Shown piece after piece: positions 49,804 through 59,840 of a stretch of DNA of 64,000 nt. The notes under the pieces are model-generated. The model was not told the DNA's origin. It made no database searches and saw only the letters and a program-made list of their open reading frames with translations. A program made the position numbers and the translations under genes. Within the stretch, counting starts at the first letter, position 1, and each line of letters opens with the position of its first letter. Origin of the DNA: Pararcticibacter amylolyticus (lineage in GTDB: Bacteria; Bacteroidota; Bacteroidia; Sphingobacteriales; Sphingobacteriaceae); assembly GCF_003130405.1 (NCBI RefSeq), contig NZ_QEAS01000001.1, positions 111,276 through 175,275 of the forward strand, in the 5' to 3' direction.

Positions 49804-50436
49804 CTATCCAATTAATCTCGTTATTATGATGATGACAATTAAAAATTCAGCCAGTCTGACTCTCAGCTTTTTCAGAGCACGCCCCATTTGTGTTTCCACA
49901 GTCTTCACCGAAATATTCAATCGCCCGGCAATCTCTCTGTAAGTGAGCTCCTCTACCCGGCTTAGATGAAAAATCGTCCGGCAATGCACAGGCAAGTCAT
50001 TCAATGCTTTCCGGTATTCCCTTTCGATATCCTTCTCTCTCAGTCGTTCCGCTCCGTGCACATTCACAGCTTCTTCCTGCGGATAGTTATTTTCCAGATG
50101 TTTCCTTTCAAGCTTTTTCCTGCTGATAACGTTCATCCCCTGGTTTCTAACGGATCTCATTAAGTAAGCCGCCAGGGAATTTACGGAGACCATCATGTCA
50201 CCTCTCCTTTCCAGTACCCTCAAAAAAACAGTCTGTACAACCTCCTCTGCTTCATCCGCGTCGCGCAACATAGAATAAGAATACCGGAACATCATCTTGT
50301 GATATTTCTTGTATACATATTCAAACGCACGCTTGTCTCCCCGGTTAAAAAGCCGGACTATATCTTCTTCGGATGTTATCTGTACTTGCAAAGGCTTTAT
50401 TATCAACTTATATACAGGGAAGACAAATAAAGGCAA
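49804..50436 (-). CDS. ECF (sigma-70 family, group 4) RNA polymerase sigma factor
   Basis: Region 2 (VQTVFLRVL) and region 4 HTH (LTYREIAGRLNISVKTVETQMGRAL). It is 3 bp from the FecR start. Confidence 0.8.
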   Translation of the reverse strand: MPLFVFPVYKLIIKPLQVQITSEEDIVRLFNRGDKRAFEYVYKKYHKMMFRYSYSMLRDADEAEEVVQTVFLRVLERRGDMMVSVNSLAAYLMRSVRNQGMNVISRKKLERKHLENNYPQEEAVNVHGAERLREKDIEREYRKALNDLPVHCRTIFHLSRVEELTYREIAGRLNISVKTVETQMGRALKKLRVRLAEFLIVIIIITRLIG

Positions 50437-50501
50437 AGGTACCCTTACAAAAGAAATAAAAAATATAAGATGTACCAGAGAACCAGGGATGCCGGTTTTA
50501 T

Positions 50502-51107
50502 TTAGTTAGAAGGGATGAACACCTTTTCAAGATGCTTTTGATATCGTTGCATGTCGGCGGCAATATTGGCGTTCTTCTCCACATCATGAAAATGCATACT
50601 CTCAAGCGGCGTCATGCCAGTAAAGGCGTTCATCCTGTGGAAACCAAACAAAGGACCGTCATCCACGCTGGTCTCCATGAAAAACTCACCAGGCAAAGTA
50701 AATGCTGCAGCCGGGGCGTTCCAGGAGGTTGTTACCATATACTTCCGGCCATGAAGCAATCCGCCTGTTCCGTAGTTGATATCAGGATTAGCAGATGAAC
50801 GTCCATCGCTTCTGTAAATGCCTTTGTTATGGCCTTCGGTGAACACCACATCAATAAACTTTTTCAATCCGTGAGGAAGCTGGAACCACCAAACGGGAGT
50901 ATGGTAAATCACTATATCCGCCCATACGTAGTTTTCCACCTGCTGAACAGGGTCATAAACTTCGTTGATATCGATATAGCGTACATCAAAGCCTGAATGG
51001 CTCTTAAAAAAACGAATACTTGCTTCTGCGATAGCCTTATTGAACCGGCCGCCGGAATGCCCGAATACCTGGCCGCCATTGATAATAAAAATCTTCTTCT
51101 TTTCCAT
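50502..51107 (-). CDS. NAD(P)H-dependent (flavodoxin-like) oxidoreductase
   Basis: A flavodoxin-2/NAD(P)H-dehydrogenase-like N-terminus (MEKKKIFIINGGQ ... ). The start was chosen at MEKKK. It is divergent from the LysR regulator. Confidence 0.7.
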   Translation of the reverse strand: MEKKKIFIINGGQVFGHSGGRFNKAIAEASIRFFKSHSGFDVRYIDINEVYDPVQQVENYVWADIVIYHTPVWWFQLPHGLKKFIDVVFTEGHNKGIYRSDGRSSANPDINYGTGGLLHGRKYMVTTSWNAPAAAFTLPGEFFMETSVDDGPLFGFHRMNAFTGMTPLESMHFHDVEKNANIAADMQRYQKHLEKVFIPSN

Positions 51108-51199
51108 CTTTTTACATTCTGCTGCAAATTTAACAACCACAATTACATCATTAAAATAATACAAATCATATCTTTGTATTATAAAAATAATGAAATACC

Positions 51200-52114
51200 A
51201 TGATTAATCTGGAATGGTTCAGAACGTTTAAAGCGATTTACGAAACCGGCTCGCTCACCGGTGCAGCAGAGTCACTTTATATATCACAGCCAGGAGTAAG
51301 CCTTCATCTCAGTTCACTCGAATCGTATGTGGGGTACAAGCTTTTCGACCGGACATCAAGAAAAATGGTTCCGACTGAACGGGGGAAAGTGCTTTACAAC
51401 TTTATTCAGGAACCGCTTGTAAAGCTGGAAAAGGCAGAGGAGCTCTTCAGCAAAAGTACTGAAAAAGAAAAGCCAACAATCAGTATCGGAATGTGTTTCG
51501 AGACGTTCCAGTTTACACTGGAACCCTACCTCCCGACACTTTCATTTAATGTGATCATTAAGTTTGGCGATTATCCCCAAATGTTAAGTGATCTTGATAA
51601 TGGTATACTGGACCTGATCATTACACCGCAAAAAGGCGACTATAAAAACCTTACTTTTAAGCCATTTTCGAAAGAAAGGATAGTGCTCATAGCCGGGGAG
51701 AAGACAGACAGCGACGCTTTTACATCCATGATTGAAACAGATCAGTATGAAGAAGCAGAACAATGGCTCCGCAATCAAACCTGGTACGGAACGGCAGGCG
51801 ACATGGAGCACCTGCGCAGATTCTGGCATCAAAACTTTGGCCGGCGCCCCGATTTCAAACCGAATTTTATTGTCCCCAACCTGAGTTCTATTGTAAGATG
51901 CCTGAGCGGCAATGCCGGGATTGCCGTGATCCCGGATTTTCTCTCAAAACGTGAACTAGAGAAAGGAAAGATCAGTTTACTTTGGGAAGGAAAAACACCT
52001 ATCGAGAATACGCTCTATTTTGCCATGCGAAAAAAGACTATATATGCGGCGGAAATAGCGCAGATAGAAGAGATCTTTGAAAAAGAAATGGGGACCCTGG
52101 CTCTTTCTGGATAA
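51200..52114 (+). CDS. LysR-family transcriptional regulator
   Basis: An N-terminal HTH (FRTFKAIYETGSLTGAAESLYISQPGVSLHLSSLE) and a C-terminal substrate-binding domain. Confidence 0.85.
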   Translation: MINLEWFRTFKAIYETGSLTGAAESLYISQPGVSLHLSSLESYVGYKLFDRTSRKMVPTERGKVLYNFIQEPLVKLEKAEELFSKSTEKEKPTISIGMCFETFQFTLEPYLPTLSFNVIIKFGDYPQMLSDLDNGILDLIITPQKGDYKNLTFKPFSKERIVLIAGEKTDSDAFTSMIETDQYEEAEQWLRNQTWYGTAGDMEHLRRFWHQNFGRRPDFKPNFIVPNLSSIVRCLSGNAGIAVIPDFLSKRELEKGKISLLWEGKTPIENTLYFAMRKKTIYAAEIAQIEEIFEKEMGTLALSG

Positions 52115-52181
52115 ATTTTAAAAAAAATCACTTTGTTGTAACCTTGATCCAATCGCCGCGTAAGAGGGGAAAACTTAATCT

Positions 52182-53096
52182 ATGGCGGTATATCTATCAA
52201 TCAGATGCAGACTCTGGGCTGCGATCCTTTTCTCCCTCGTCTTTGCAAATGCGTCAAAAGCGCAGTTAAACCAAATGACGGGGAGCTATTTTTCCAACCA
52301 GTATCTGTCTAATCCTGCAATGGCCGGCCTGAATCGCGAGCTAGTGTTAAATATGGCGATGAGCAAGCAGTGGGAGAACATTCCGGGGGGACCTAAAATC
52401 CAGTCATTCACAGCAGATTATGGTGTAAACGAAAAACTTGGTCTCGGCGTGAATATTTACAATGAAAAGTCCGGGCTAATCTCCAACACCAGGCTTCTGG
52501 CAAGTTATGCCTATCATCTCCCTTTAAACAACCACGGCAGCAGGCTCAGCTTTGGCATTTCAGCGGGCTACAGCAACGAACGTCTTGATGGCGCATCCGT
52601 CAATGGAGAGTCCAACGATGCTGTTGTGGGAAAATTCAACTATCAGAAGAGCAGCATAGACGGCGACTTCGGAGCGGCTTACCAGAACAACCGGCTTACG
52701 TTACAATTTGCTGTTCCAAAAATGAAGTCGTTGTTCCAGTCTGACGATTATGGCAGTGATGCCTACCAGACAGCGGTTTACTCAGCGGCGAGCTACAAAT
52801 TTAAATTTGCAAATACCCTCGATGGCATGAGTGTTACGCCTTTGGTTGCTTTTAGAAGTATCCGCGACTCAGAAGATATAGCTGATATGGGGGCCAATTT
52901 CACTTTTGCAAATGAGGCGGTAAATTTAATAGGCATCTATCATACAACAAAAAGTATATCGCTCGGCCTTGGAGCAACATACAACAAGCTTTTTACAGTC
53001 ACCGCGATGTACACCTCAGACACAGGCGTTCTCAGCAGCTACACAAACGGAACATTTGAACTAGGGCTTCGCTTACATATGCTGCGGGCTAAATAA
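52182..53096 (+). CDS. PorP/SprF-family type IX secretion system membrane protein
   Basis: A signal peptide, then the family-typical N-terminus (AQLNQMTGSYFSNQYLSNPAMAGL, compare with QQDPQFSQYMFN..NPAYAG). Beta-barrel-like sequence ends in an aromatic. A type-B CTD cargo gene follows directly. Confidence 0.75.
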   Translation: MAVYLSIRCRLWAAILFSLVFANASKAQLNQMTGSYFSNQYLSNPAMAGLNRELVLNMAMSKQWENIPGGPKIQSFTADYGVNEKLGLGVNIYNEKSGLISNTRLLASYAYHLPLNNHGSRLSFGISAGYSNERLDGASVNGESNDAVVGKFNYQKSSIDGDFGAAYQNNRLTLQFAVPKMKSLFQSDDYGSDAYQTAVYSAASYKFKFANTLDGMSVTPLVAFRSIRDSEDIADMGANFTFANEAVNLIGIYHTTKSISLGLGATYNKLFTVTAMYTSDTGVLSSYTNGTFELGLRLHMLRAK

Positions 53097-53165
53097 GCTT
53101 AACCTAAGTCGTCATTAATTGCTAAAGAATTTTCAAAAGGCCATAAGGGCCAAAATAAAGAATCG

Positions 53166-56100
53166 ATGAAATTTAAACTTTTAATACTTTCCGCTGCCTG
53201 CCTGTTTTTTTCTACAGGAATGAGCATCGGACAAACCATCACCAAAGTTGCCCAGGGAGCAAAACTCAGCGGTGTTGAAGGATTTTGCCTTGACAACAGC
53301 GGAAATATCTTTGCAGCTGTGACCGATTACGGAAGTGAGGATAACACGGGTTATGTTTATAAAATCACTCCAAGTGGAGTCATGACGCTTGTTGCCGGGA
53401 AAGAAACCGGATATTTCCAGGAGAAATTAAACGGACCGGCAACCGAAAGTTCTATTGACAGGCCCAAAGACGTTGCGCTAGACGCATCCGGAAATATGTA
53501 TATAGCGGGTTATGGCGGCAAAATCTACAAAGTTGACGCTGCTACCAAAATCATTACACAATTTGCAGCGGTATCCATGCCCCTAAACCTGGAAGTATAC
53601 GGAAACTACCTGTATGTAATAGCAGGAAACTACAATTCATCTTTACTTAAATACAATCTTTCCTCACCTGGTATTGCACCAGTAACACTCAAACAACAAC
53701 TTGGTCTGGCACTGGGAATAGACAAGCAGGAAAATGTGTATGTATGCGGTCAAAGCTCAGGCACAGTCTATAAAATTGCACCAAATGGAACTCAAATAAC
53801 TATCAATACCGGTTTCAACTATATCCAGGACTTAAAAATAGGATCATCGGGTGAAATGTATCTGATCAAACAGGCAGATTTTATATATAAATATATCAGT
53901 CCCGGGCTCTTCGATACTTATTCTATGCCTAGCACCACCCAAGGCTATTATATTACCTTGGATGCTGATGGCTCTGTGTATAAAACAGATGGCTATTCCT
54001 CAATTTATAAGATGACCTTCGGTCCGCCTGCGCCTACCAACATAGTTGTAACCGCCGGAAATGGTACCGTTGGGTTAAGCTGGAATGCTGTGTCAGTCGC
54101 TACGGCTTACAAGGTCTACAAAGGCACCTCTGCATCCACTTTGAACTACCTGGCCTCCGTATCTTCAGGAACTTCCTACACAGATAATGATGTTGCTAAT
54201 GGAACGACCTATTATTATTCAATTACTACCATTGATAATACAAACAAAGAAAGCAGTCAATCTTCAGCAATAAGTGCCAAGCCACTTGCCACCCCACAGA
54301 TCACTGCTCCGCAGGATATATCTGTCAATATTGATCAAAGCACCTACGTTTTAACCGCTCCGGCAAGCAACAGCCAGGGTTCATTCAGCTACACCAGCAG
54401 CAATCCCGCGATTGCAACAATAAGCGGAAGCACCGTAACGCTGAAAGCTGAAGGAGAAACGACGCTCACTGCTACGCAGGCGGCAGCTGGAGCCTATTCA
54501 ACCGGCTCTGTGACCTTTAAACTGACGGTAACCAATCTTCCGCAACCTGCTTTTGGATCATTTTCTATCGCAAGTGCGACATATGGCGACGGCCCTGTCA
54601 CCATTGCGGCACCGGCAAGCAACAGTTCAGGAGCGTTTTCATATATCAGCAGCAATCCTTCTGTTGCCTCCATAAACGGGAATATTATTACTATCCTGAA
54701 AGCAGGGACAGTAACTATCACGGCAAAACAGGCCGCCACAACTTCTTATTCCGCAGGAAGTACAGCAGCCTCACTCATTATAAAACAACATCCGCTGACA
54801 GCAGGTTACGCACCGGTAAGCCGGGTATACGATGGCAGTAACACAGCTTCTGTGAGTTTCAACCCGTTTACCCCGGCCGACGGGCTCATTGGCAATGACA
54901 ATGTGACGGTAGTTTATACTTCTGCAACGTATTCCGATAAGAATGCCGGAGATTCAAAGGTCATAACATTTAACGGCCTCGCCCTTGCGGGGACCAATAA
55001 AGATAATTATACATTAATTCCTCTTACAGTAACCGGTTCTATCACTGCAAAATTTGTTACTGCTACAGCATTACCGGTATCTAAAATCTATGACGGAAAT
55101 CAGACTGCTAACATTACTTTTAACACACTTGGCTCTGCCAACGGAAAAGTAGGCAGTGACGATGTAAGCGTTGTATATACTTCAGCCACTTATGCAGACA
55201 AGAATGTGGGAACAGGTATCCCAATTTCATTCAGCGGGCTAAGCCTGACAGGAAGTGCAAAAGACAACTACAGCCTGTCCCCTCTTCTTTTAAATGGAAG
55301 TATCATCCAGAAGCCGGTAACTGTCAGTGCGGTTCCCAATCAGAAGATATACGGGGAATCAGATCCTGCTTTAACCTATACACCGGCACAGGCTCTGATT
55401 CAGGGAGACACCTTTACAGGAATGTTAAAACGGCTGCCAGGTGAAACTGCCGGAACATATACCATTGAAAAAGGCACCCTGATATTAAATGAGAACTATG
55501 CTTTAACGTATGTTCCGGCCAGCTTTACAATCAGTAAAGCTCAGTTAACAGTAACAGCGGACGACAAAAATAAAATCATGGGCTTATCAAACCCTGCTCT
55601 TACAGCTTCATACAGCGGACTGGTAATGGGAGATGAAAGTTCACTGATCAGCAACAACATCCAGCTTAGCACATCCGTCAGCACCAGCACAGGTTTGGGT
55701 TTCTACCCTATCTCAGTAAGCGGGCCATTAGAAACAGCTAACTACAAAGTAAAGTATGTAAACGGCACACTTGAAGTCAAACCAGGTGCGCCTAAAGACA
55801 TCCAGCTTGCCATCGTCAGCAAAATATACGAAAATCAGCAGCCTGGCATTACTTCAGGGACGCTCAGCAGTACATCTGACGATCCCAATGCCATTTTCAC
55901 CTATTCGCTCGTAAGCGGTGCTGACGATAACAAGTTCTTTACAATCTCAGGAAATGAATTAAAGACTGCCGCATCTTTTGACTATGAGGCTAAAAACAGT
56001 TACATGGTAACAATAAGATCAACCACCCAATATGGATTCAGCCTTGATAAACAGTTCAGCGTGTCGGTTTCCGATATTAATGAAGTTCCGGAGCTTAATG

Positions 56101-56918
56101 AAGTAGAGAATCAGCAGATTTGTGCTTTATCGGGAGAACACGCTGTCAGGCTGACTGGAATCAGTGCCGGTCCGGAATCAGCACAAAGGATCGTATTTTC
56201 GGTAAACTCATCTATAGGAGATGCCTTCAGGAAGTTGAAGATCAACTATTCATCCGGCAACGAAGGCGTGTTATCGTACGAAGTAAAGAATGGCTTTACC
56301 GGCACCATAACAGTCGCAGTTGTGATTAAGGACGACGGCGGTACAGAAAACGGCGGTACAGATACTTTTAGCAGAAACTTCCAGATTTCTGTTAATCCAC
56401 TCCCGGAAACAACTATTACTTCAAATATTGGCACATCAATAAGCAAAGGCCTCACAGCCATTCTTACGGCTACAGGCGGAACAAAATATGTATGGGCTGA
56501 CGTAAACGGAATTATCTCCGGTCAGAACTCATCAGCACTAACTGTACGTCCGGATAAAACTAACACGTACAAAGTGACCGTTTCCAATGCAAGCGGCTGT
56601 TCCAAAGAGCAGGAGATCACGATAAATGTACTGGAAGACTATCAAACGCTGAATGCGACTAATATTCTAACGCCTAACGGAGACGGCGCTAATGATAGCT
56701 TTGTTATCAGGAACATAGACATGTATCCCGGCAATACCGTGCGGATCTACGACCGCGGAGGCAAGCTGTTGTACAACACAATGAATTACAATAATGACTG
56801 GAAAGGAACGGTCAACGGCAGTCCGTTACCTACCGGAACGTATTACTACATTGTCGATTTCGGTAAAGGAAAGCAAACAATCAAGGGATTTATTACCCTT
56901 GTCAACGACAATAATTAG
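53166..56918 (+). CDS. Large T9SS cargo/adhesin with a type-B C-terminal sorting domain (gliding-motility-associated CTD)
   Basis: 1250 aa with a signal peptide and beta-propeller or NHL-like repeats near the N-terminus. It has an FN3-like segment, Ig-like (BIG2-type) segments, repeated MBG/YDG-type modules (ATYSDKNAGDSKVITFNGLALAGTNKDNYTL ...) and a cadherin-like segment. The C-terminus NILTPNGDGANDSFVIRNIDMYPGNTVRIYDRGGKLLY ... GTYYYIV is characteristic of TIGR04131-type domains. Confidence 0.8.
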   Translation: MKFKLLILSAACLFFSTGMSIGQTITKVAQGAKLSGVEGFCLDNSGNIFAAVTDYGSEDNTGYVYKITPSGVMTLVAGKETGYFQEKLNGPATESSIDRPKDVALDASGNMYIAGYGGKIYKVDAATKIITQFAAVSMPLNLEVYGNYLYVIAGNYNSSLLKYNLSSPGIAPVTLKQQLGLALGIDKQENVYVCGQSSGTVYKIAPNGTQITINTGFNYIQDLKIGSSGEMYLIKQADFIYKYISPGLFDTYSMPSTTQGYYITLDADGSVYKTDGYSSIYKMTFGPPAPTNIVVTAGNGTVGLSWNAVSVATAYKVYKGTSASTLNYLASVSSGTSYTDNDVANGTTYYYSITTIDNTNKESSQSSAISAKPLATPQITAPQDISVNIDQSTYVLTAPASNSQGSFSYTSSNPAIATISGSTVTLKAEGETTLTATQAAAGAYSTGSVTFKLTVTNLPQPAFGSFSIASATYGDGPVTIAAPASNSSGAFSYISSNPSVASINGNIITILKAGTVTITAKQAATTSYSAGSTAASLIIKQHPLTAGYAPVSRVYDGSNTASVSFNPFTPADGLIGNDNVTVVYTSATYSDKNAGDSKVITFNGLALAGTNKDNYTLIPLTVTGSITAKFVTATALPVSKIYDGNQTANITFNTLGSANGKVGSDDVSVVYTSATYADKNVGTGIPISFSGLSLTGSAKDNYSLSPLLLNGSIIQKPVTVSAVPNQKIYGESDPALTYTPAQALIQGDTFTGMLKRLPGETAGTYTIEKGTLILNENYALTYVPASFTISKAQLTVTADDKNKIMGLSNPALTASYSGLVMGDESSLISNNIQLSTSVSTSTGLGFYPISVSGPLETANYKVKYVNGTLEVKPGAPKDIQLAIVSKIYENQQPGITSGTLSSTSDDPNAIFTYSLVSGADDNKFFTISGNELKTAASFDYEAKNSYMVTIRSTTQYGFSLDKQFSVSVSDINEVPELNEVENQQICALSGEHAVRLTGISAGPESAQRIVFSVNSSIGDAFRKLKINYSSGNEGVLSYEVKNGFTGTITVAVVIKDDGGTENGGTDTFSRNFQISVNPLPETTITSNIGTSISKGLTAILTATGGTKYVWADVNGIISGQNSSALTVRPDKTNTYKVTVSNASGCSKEQEITINVLEDYQTLNATNILTPNGDGANDSFVIRNIDMYPGNTVRIYDRGGKLLYNTMNYNNDWKGTVNGSPLPTGTYYYIVDFGKGKQTIKGFITLVNDNN

Positions 56919-56938
56919 TAAGTTCATTATAGTAAAAA

Positions 56939-56972
56939 GCAGGATGCGGTGAAAACGTATCCTGCTTTTTTT
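56939..56972 (+). terminator. Rho-independent terminator after the T9SS cargo gene
   Basis: GCAGGAT-N13-ATCCTGC hairpin followed by TTTTTTTT. Confidence 0.65.
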
Positions 56973-57007
56973 ATACAGACAACGAAGCGTATACTACAAG
57001 TCCTGTA

Positions 57008-57859
57008 TCACGCAGAAACACTCTGCCCTTTCTCTCTTAATACCAGCAGAGGTACCGTAGTATGGTAAGCAAGTTCATTAGATACACTTCTTCCGAAGAA
57101 ACTATCGAAAAAGCTCTTTTCACGCGGAATCACCATCACCAGCTGAACGTCATGAGCTTCGGCAAATTCCATTATACCTGCCGCCGGATCTTTATGCGTC
57201 ACATAAAAATACTCCGCGCCCTGTGCAGTCCAGACATCATGCAGATCCCGCTGTTCGCGAATCACGTCAGCATCAACAGAAGCTCTCTCTTCACTCACAT
57301 TAACTACTGAAAGCCTGGCCTTGAACAAGGCGGCAATCCATTTTATCCGGTGTACCGGCGTACTCTCTCTCACATCCTTCAGGTCTGTCGCAAACACTAC
57401 AGATGTTATCGGTTCAACCATAGCCTTGGGAGGTACAATCATAACGGCAACAGGGCATTCCCGTATAATGGCAACTGTATTACTCCCCATCAGAACCCTT
57501 TCTACCTTTCCCTTTCCAGAGGTACCCATGACTACCAGGTCAATCGATTCTTCTTTGATAAACACCTTGATGCCTTCTATGAACGGCCTGGTATCCACAT
57601 AAATATCCACTATCGTTCCCGAATAAGCCAGCGACAACAACTCATTTTTAAGTTCTGTCAGCTCACGGTAAACCGAATCATCGGCTCCTGATTCATAATA
57701 CGCCTGGGCAAAAGGCACTTCCGCAGCGATAGCAGCGGGGCGGGCCGAATGATAAAGAATAATGCGGAATGCACTTACCTGCGATGTCAGTGAGGCAGCG
57801 TATCTGGCGGCATGAAGAGATGCCTGCGAAAAATCGGTTAGAAGAAGGATGTTTCTCAT
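57008..57859 (-). CDS. Tandem-domain universal stress protein (UspA family)
   Basis: Two Usp domains, each with the G..G-N9-G(S/T) ATP-binding-like motif (VVMGTSGKGKVERVLMGSNT and a degenerate N-terminal copy). Confidence 0.8.
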   Translation of the reverse strand: MRNILLLTDFSQASLHAARYAASLTSQVSAFRIILYHSARPAAIAAEVPFAQAYYESGADDSVYRELTELKNELLSLAYSGTIVDIYVDTRPFIEGIKVFIKEESIDLVVMGTSGKGKVERVLMGSNTVAIIRECPVAVMIVPPKAMVEPITSVVFATDLKDVRESTPVHRIKWIAALFKARLSVVNVSEERASVDADVIREQRDLHDVWTAQGAEYFYVTHKDPAAGIMEFAEAHDVQLVMVIPREKSFFDSFFGRSVSNELAYHTTVPLLVLREKGQSVSA

Positions 57860-58384
57860 TATAATGAAAACCGCTTACTCAGCAGGAAGGTTTTCTTTTT
57901 TTACGAAATCCGTGTTTTTCAGCCACTTCCATCCTGTCAGAAACAGGGAAGATTCAACCTAAACCACGGCTGGTTTGCCGGGGACCAAGTTTCTGCGGGG
58001 AATATTACGTTAATTTTTACTTACATTTCCACACCTTCACTTTCGTTTATGTGCGTTTGGTTATAATAACTGACCGGTCGGTATACCAAGGATAGATCAC
58101 AATCAAGATCCGCTTTTCCTCTTGTCGTTTATTCTCATCTCAGGCGCAGCAGCACAACAAAACCAGGTTGTCTGTGATCTGCCTGCCCCGAAACCGATCT
58201 GACGCAAGCATTATTCTCACCATACAGTCATAAGGACTACAAAAAAACATTCCCTGTGTCTCTTATAATTCCTGATAAAGAAAAACCTTCATGTCCCCAT
58301 AAAGTTCCCGCATTGCCCGTAATTTGTAACCAGACAATCTTTACCTTTGAATTAACGGCACTATGCGGCACGAAGAAACACAAC

Positions 58385-59554
58385 ATGGAAAACAATTTTG
58401 ACGAAATAACCGAACGCAGGAACACCAACTGCTTTAAATGGGACTTAGATGGTGGTGATATTTTACCTATGTGGGTAGCAGATATGGATTTCAAAACAGC
58501 ACCCGCAGTAATACAGGCGCTTGCTGAACGGACATCGCACGGTATATTCGGTTATTCCCTTACCCCGCCGGCATTCTATAAGGCCATAACGGGCTGGTGG
58601 AACAAGAGGCACGGCTTAAGCATAAGTAAAGACTGGATAGTGCCCACCCCCGGTATACTACCGGCTTTATCAGCCACATTAACGGGTCTTACCAGTAAAG
58701 ACAGCAAAGTGGTCATCCAGCCGCCGGTATATAATCACTTCTTCGTAACGATCGAACATGGCGACTGTCAGCTCGTGGAAAACAATCTCGTCTACGAAGA
58801 AGGCCAGTACCACATTGATTTTGAGGACCTTGATAAAAAGCTAGCTGCACCGGAAGTAAAGTTGTTTCTTTTAAGCAATCCTCATAACCCTGCAGGCCGA
58901 GTATGGACAAGAGAAGAATTACAGCGCATCGGCGATATAAGTCTGAAGAATAAAGTCATTGTGCTATCAGATGAAATTCACTCAGACCTCGTCTACAAAG
59001 AACATTCACATATCCCTTTCGCTTCGCTCGGAGAAGAATACAGCTTAAATTCAGTTACCTTCGGTTCACCATCCAAAACGTTTAATCTCGCCGGTTTGCA
59101 AACCGCATATCTCTTTACCGAGAATGAGGAGTTACGGAAAACAATAACAGAAGTTCTGCAAAAGCAGGAAATGACACTGCTTAACGTATTTGGCATCGAA
59201 GGGCTGATTGCCGCATACGAAAAAGGAGAAACGTGGCTGGATGAGCTCAGGACATACCTATACGACAACTACCTCTATTTAAAAACATTTTGCAGCACTT
59301 TCCTCCCCGAAGCCGGTATCTCACCTCTTGAAGGCACCTATCTGGTATGGATAAACTGCAACGCTTTCGGCATACATTCAGATGCCCTTGCCGGCAGATT
59401 ATTGCAAAACGAACAGCTGCGCATAAGCCCGGGTAGCATATTCGGGAAACCAGGCGACTATTTTATCAGGGTCAACATTGCCTGCCCGCGGTCGCTGCTG
59501 CAGGAAGGACTGGAACGACTTGCAAGAGAGTTAAGAAAGGCAGGGCCGGCCTGA
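58385..59554 (+). CDS. PatB/MalY-family C-S lyase (class I/II aminotransferase fold; cystathionine beta-lyase-like)
   Basis: An N-terminus MENNFDEITERRNTNCFKWD typical of MalY/PatB and a PLP-lysine region SPSKTFNLAG. The start was chosen at MENNF rather than the upstream in-frame extension. Confidence 0.8.
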   Translation: MENNFDEITERRNTNCFKWDLDGGDILPMWVADMDFKTAPAVIQALAERTSHGIFGYSLTPPAFYKAITGWWNKRHGLSISKDWIVPTPGILPALSATLTGLTSKDSKVVIQPPVYNHFFVTIEHGDCQLVENNLVYEEGQYHIDFEDLDKKLAAPEVKLFLLSNPHNPAGRVWTREELQRIGDISLKNKVIVLSDEIHSDLVYKEHSHIPFASLGEEYSLNSVTFGSPSKTFNLAGLQTAYLFTENEELRKTITEVLQKQEMTLLNVFGIEGLIAAYEKGETWLDELRTYLYDNYLYLKTFCSTFLPEAGISPLEGTYLVWINCNAFGIHSDALAGRLLQNEQLRISPGSIFGKPGDYFIRVNIACPRSLLQEGLERLARELRKAGPA

Positions 59555-59788
59555 TTAATCCCTGCCCCTGCCGCCGCCTGCATCATCATTATTAATCCCA
59601 CGTTTATTTCTATAGACACAGCTCTTCTCATTCCCGAATTTGTAGCCGAAAAGAGGCAGGAACATGCAAGGATAAGGACAAAGAGTTCTTTCCCGGATTT
59701 ATACGTTTATTTTAGTATGTGTTTCTATTACAAATAAGATAGCAATAAACGTTATAGGTAAGGTTAAAATAGCGGTTCAGTACTACTT

Positions 59789-59821
59789 AAGGGAGGGGCA
59801 ATAGTAAAGGCCCCCTCCCTT
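59789..59821. terminator. GC-rich hairpin between the convergent C-S lyase and SusD-like genes
   Basis: AAGGGAGGGG-N13-CCCCTCCCTT, a perfect 10 bp stem. Confidence 0.45.
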
Positions 59822-59840
59822 ATTTAATCGTCATTTCAGG

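Noticed and set aside
58256-58384. N-terminal 43-aa extension of the C-S lyase ORF
   Set aside because: PatB/MalY proteins begin near M-x-x-FD ... CFKWD. The extension is unconserved-looking and Cys/Pro-rich.
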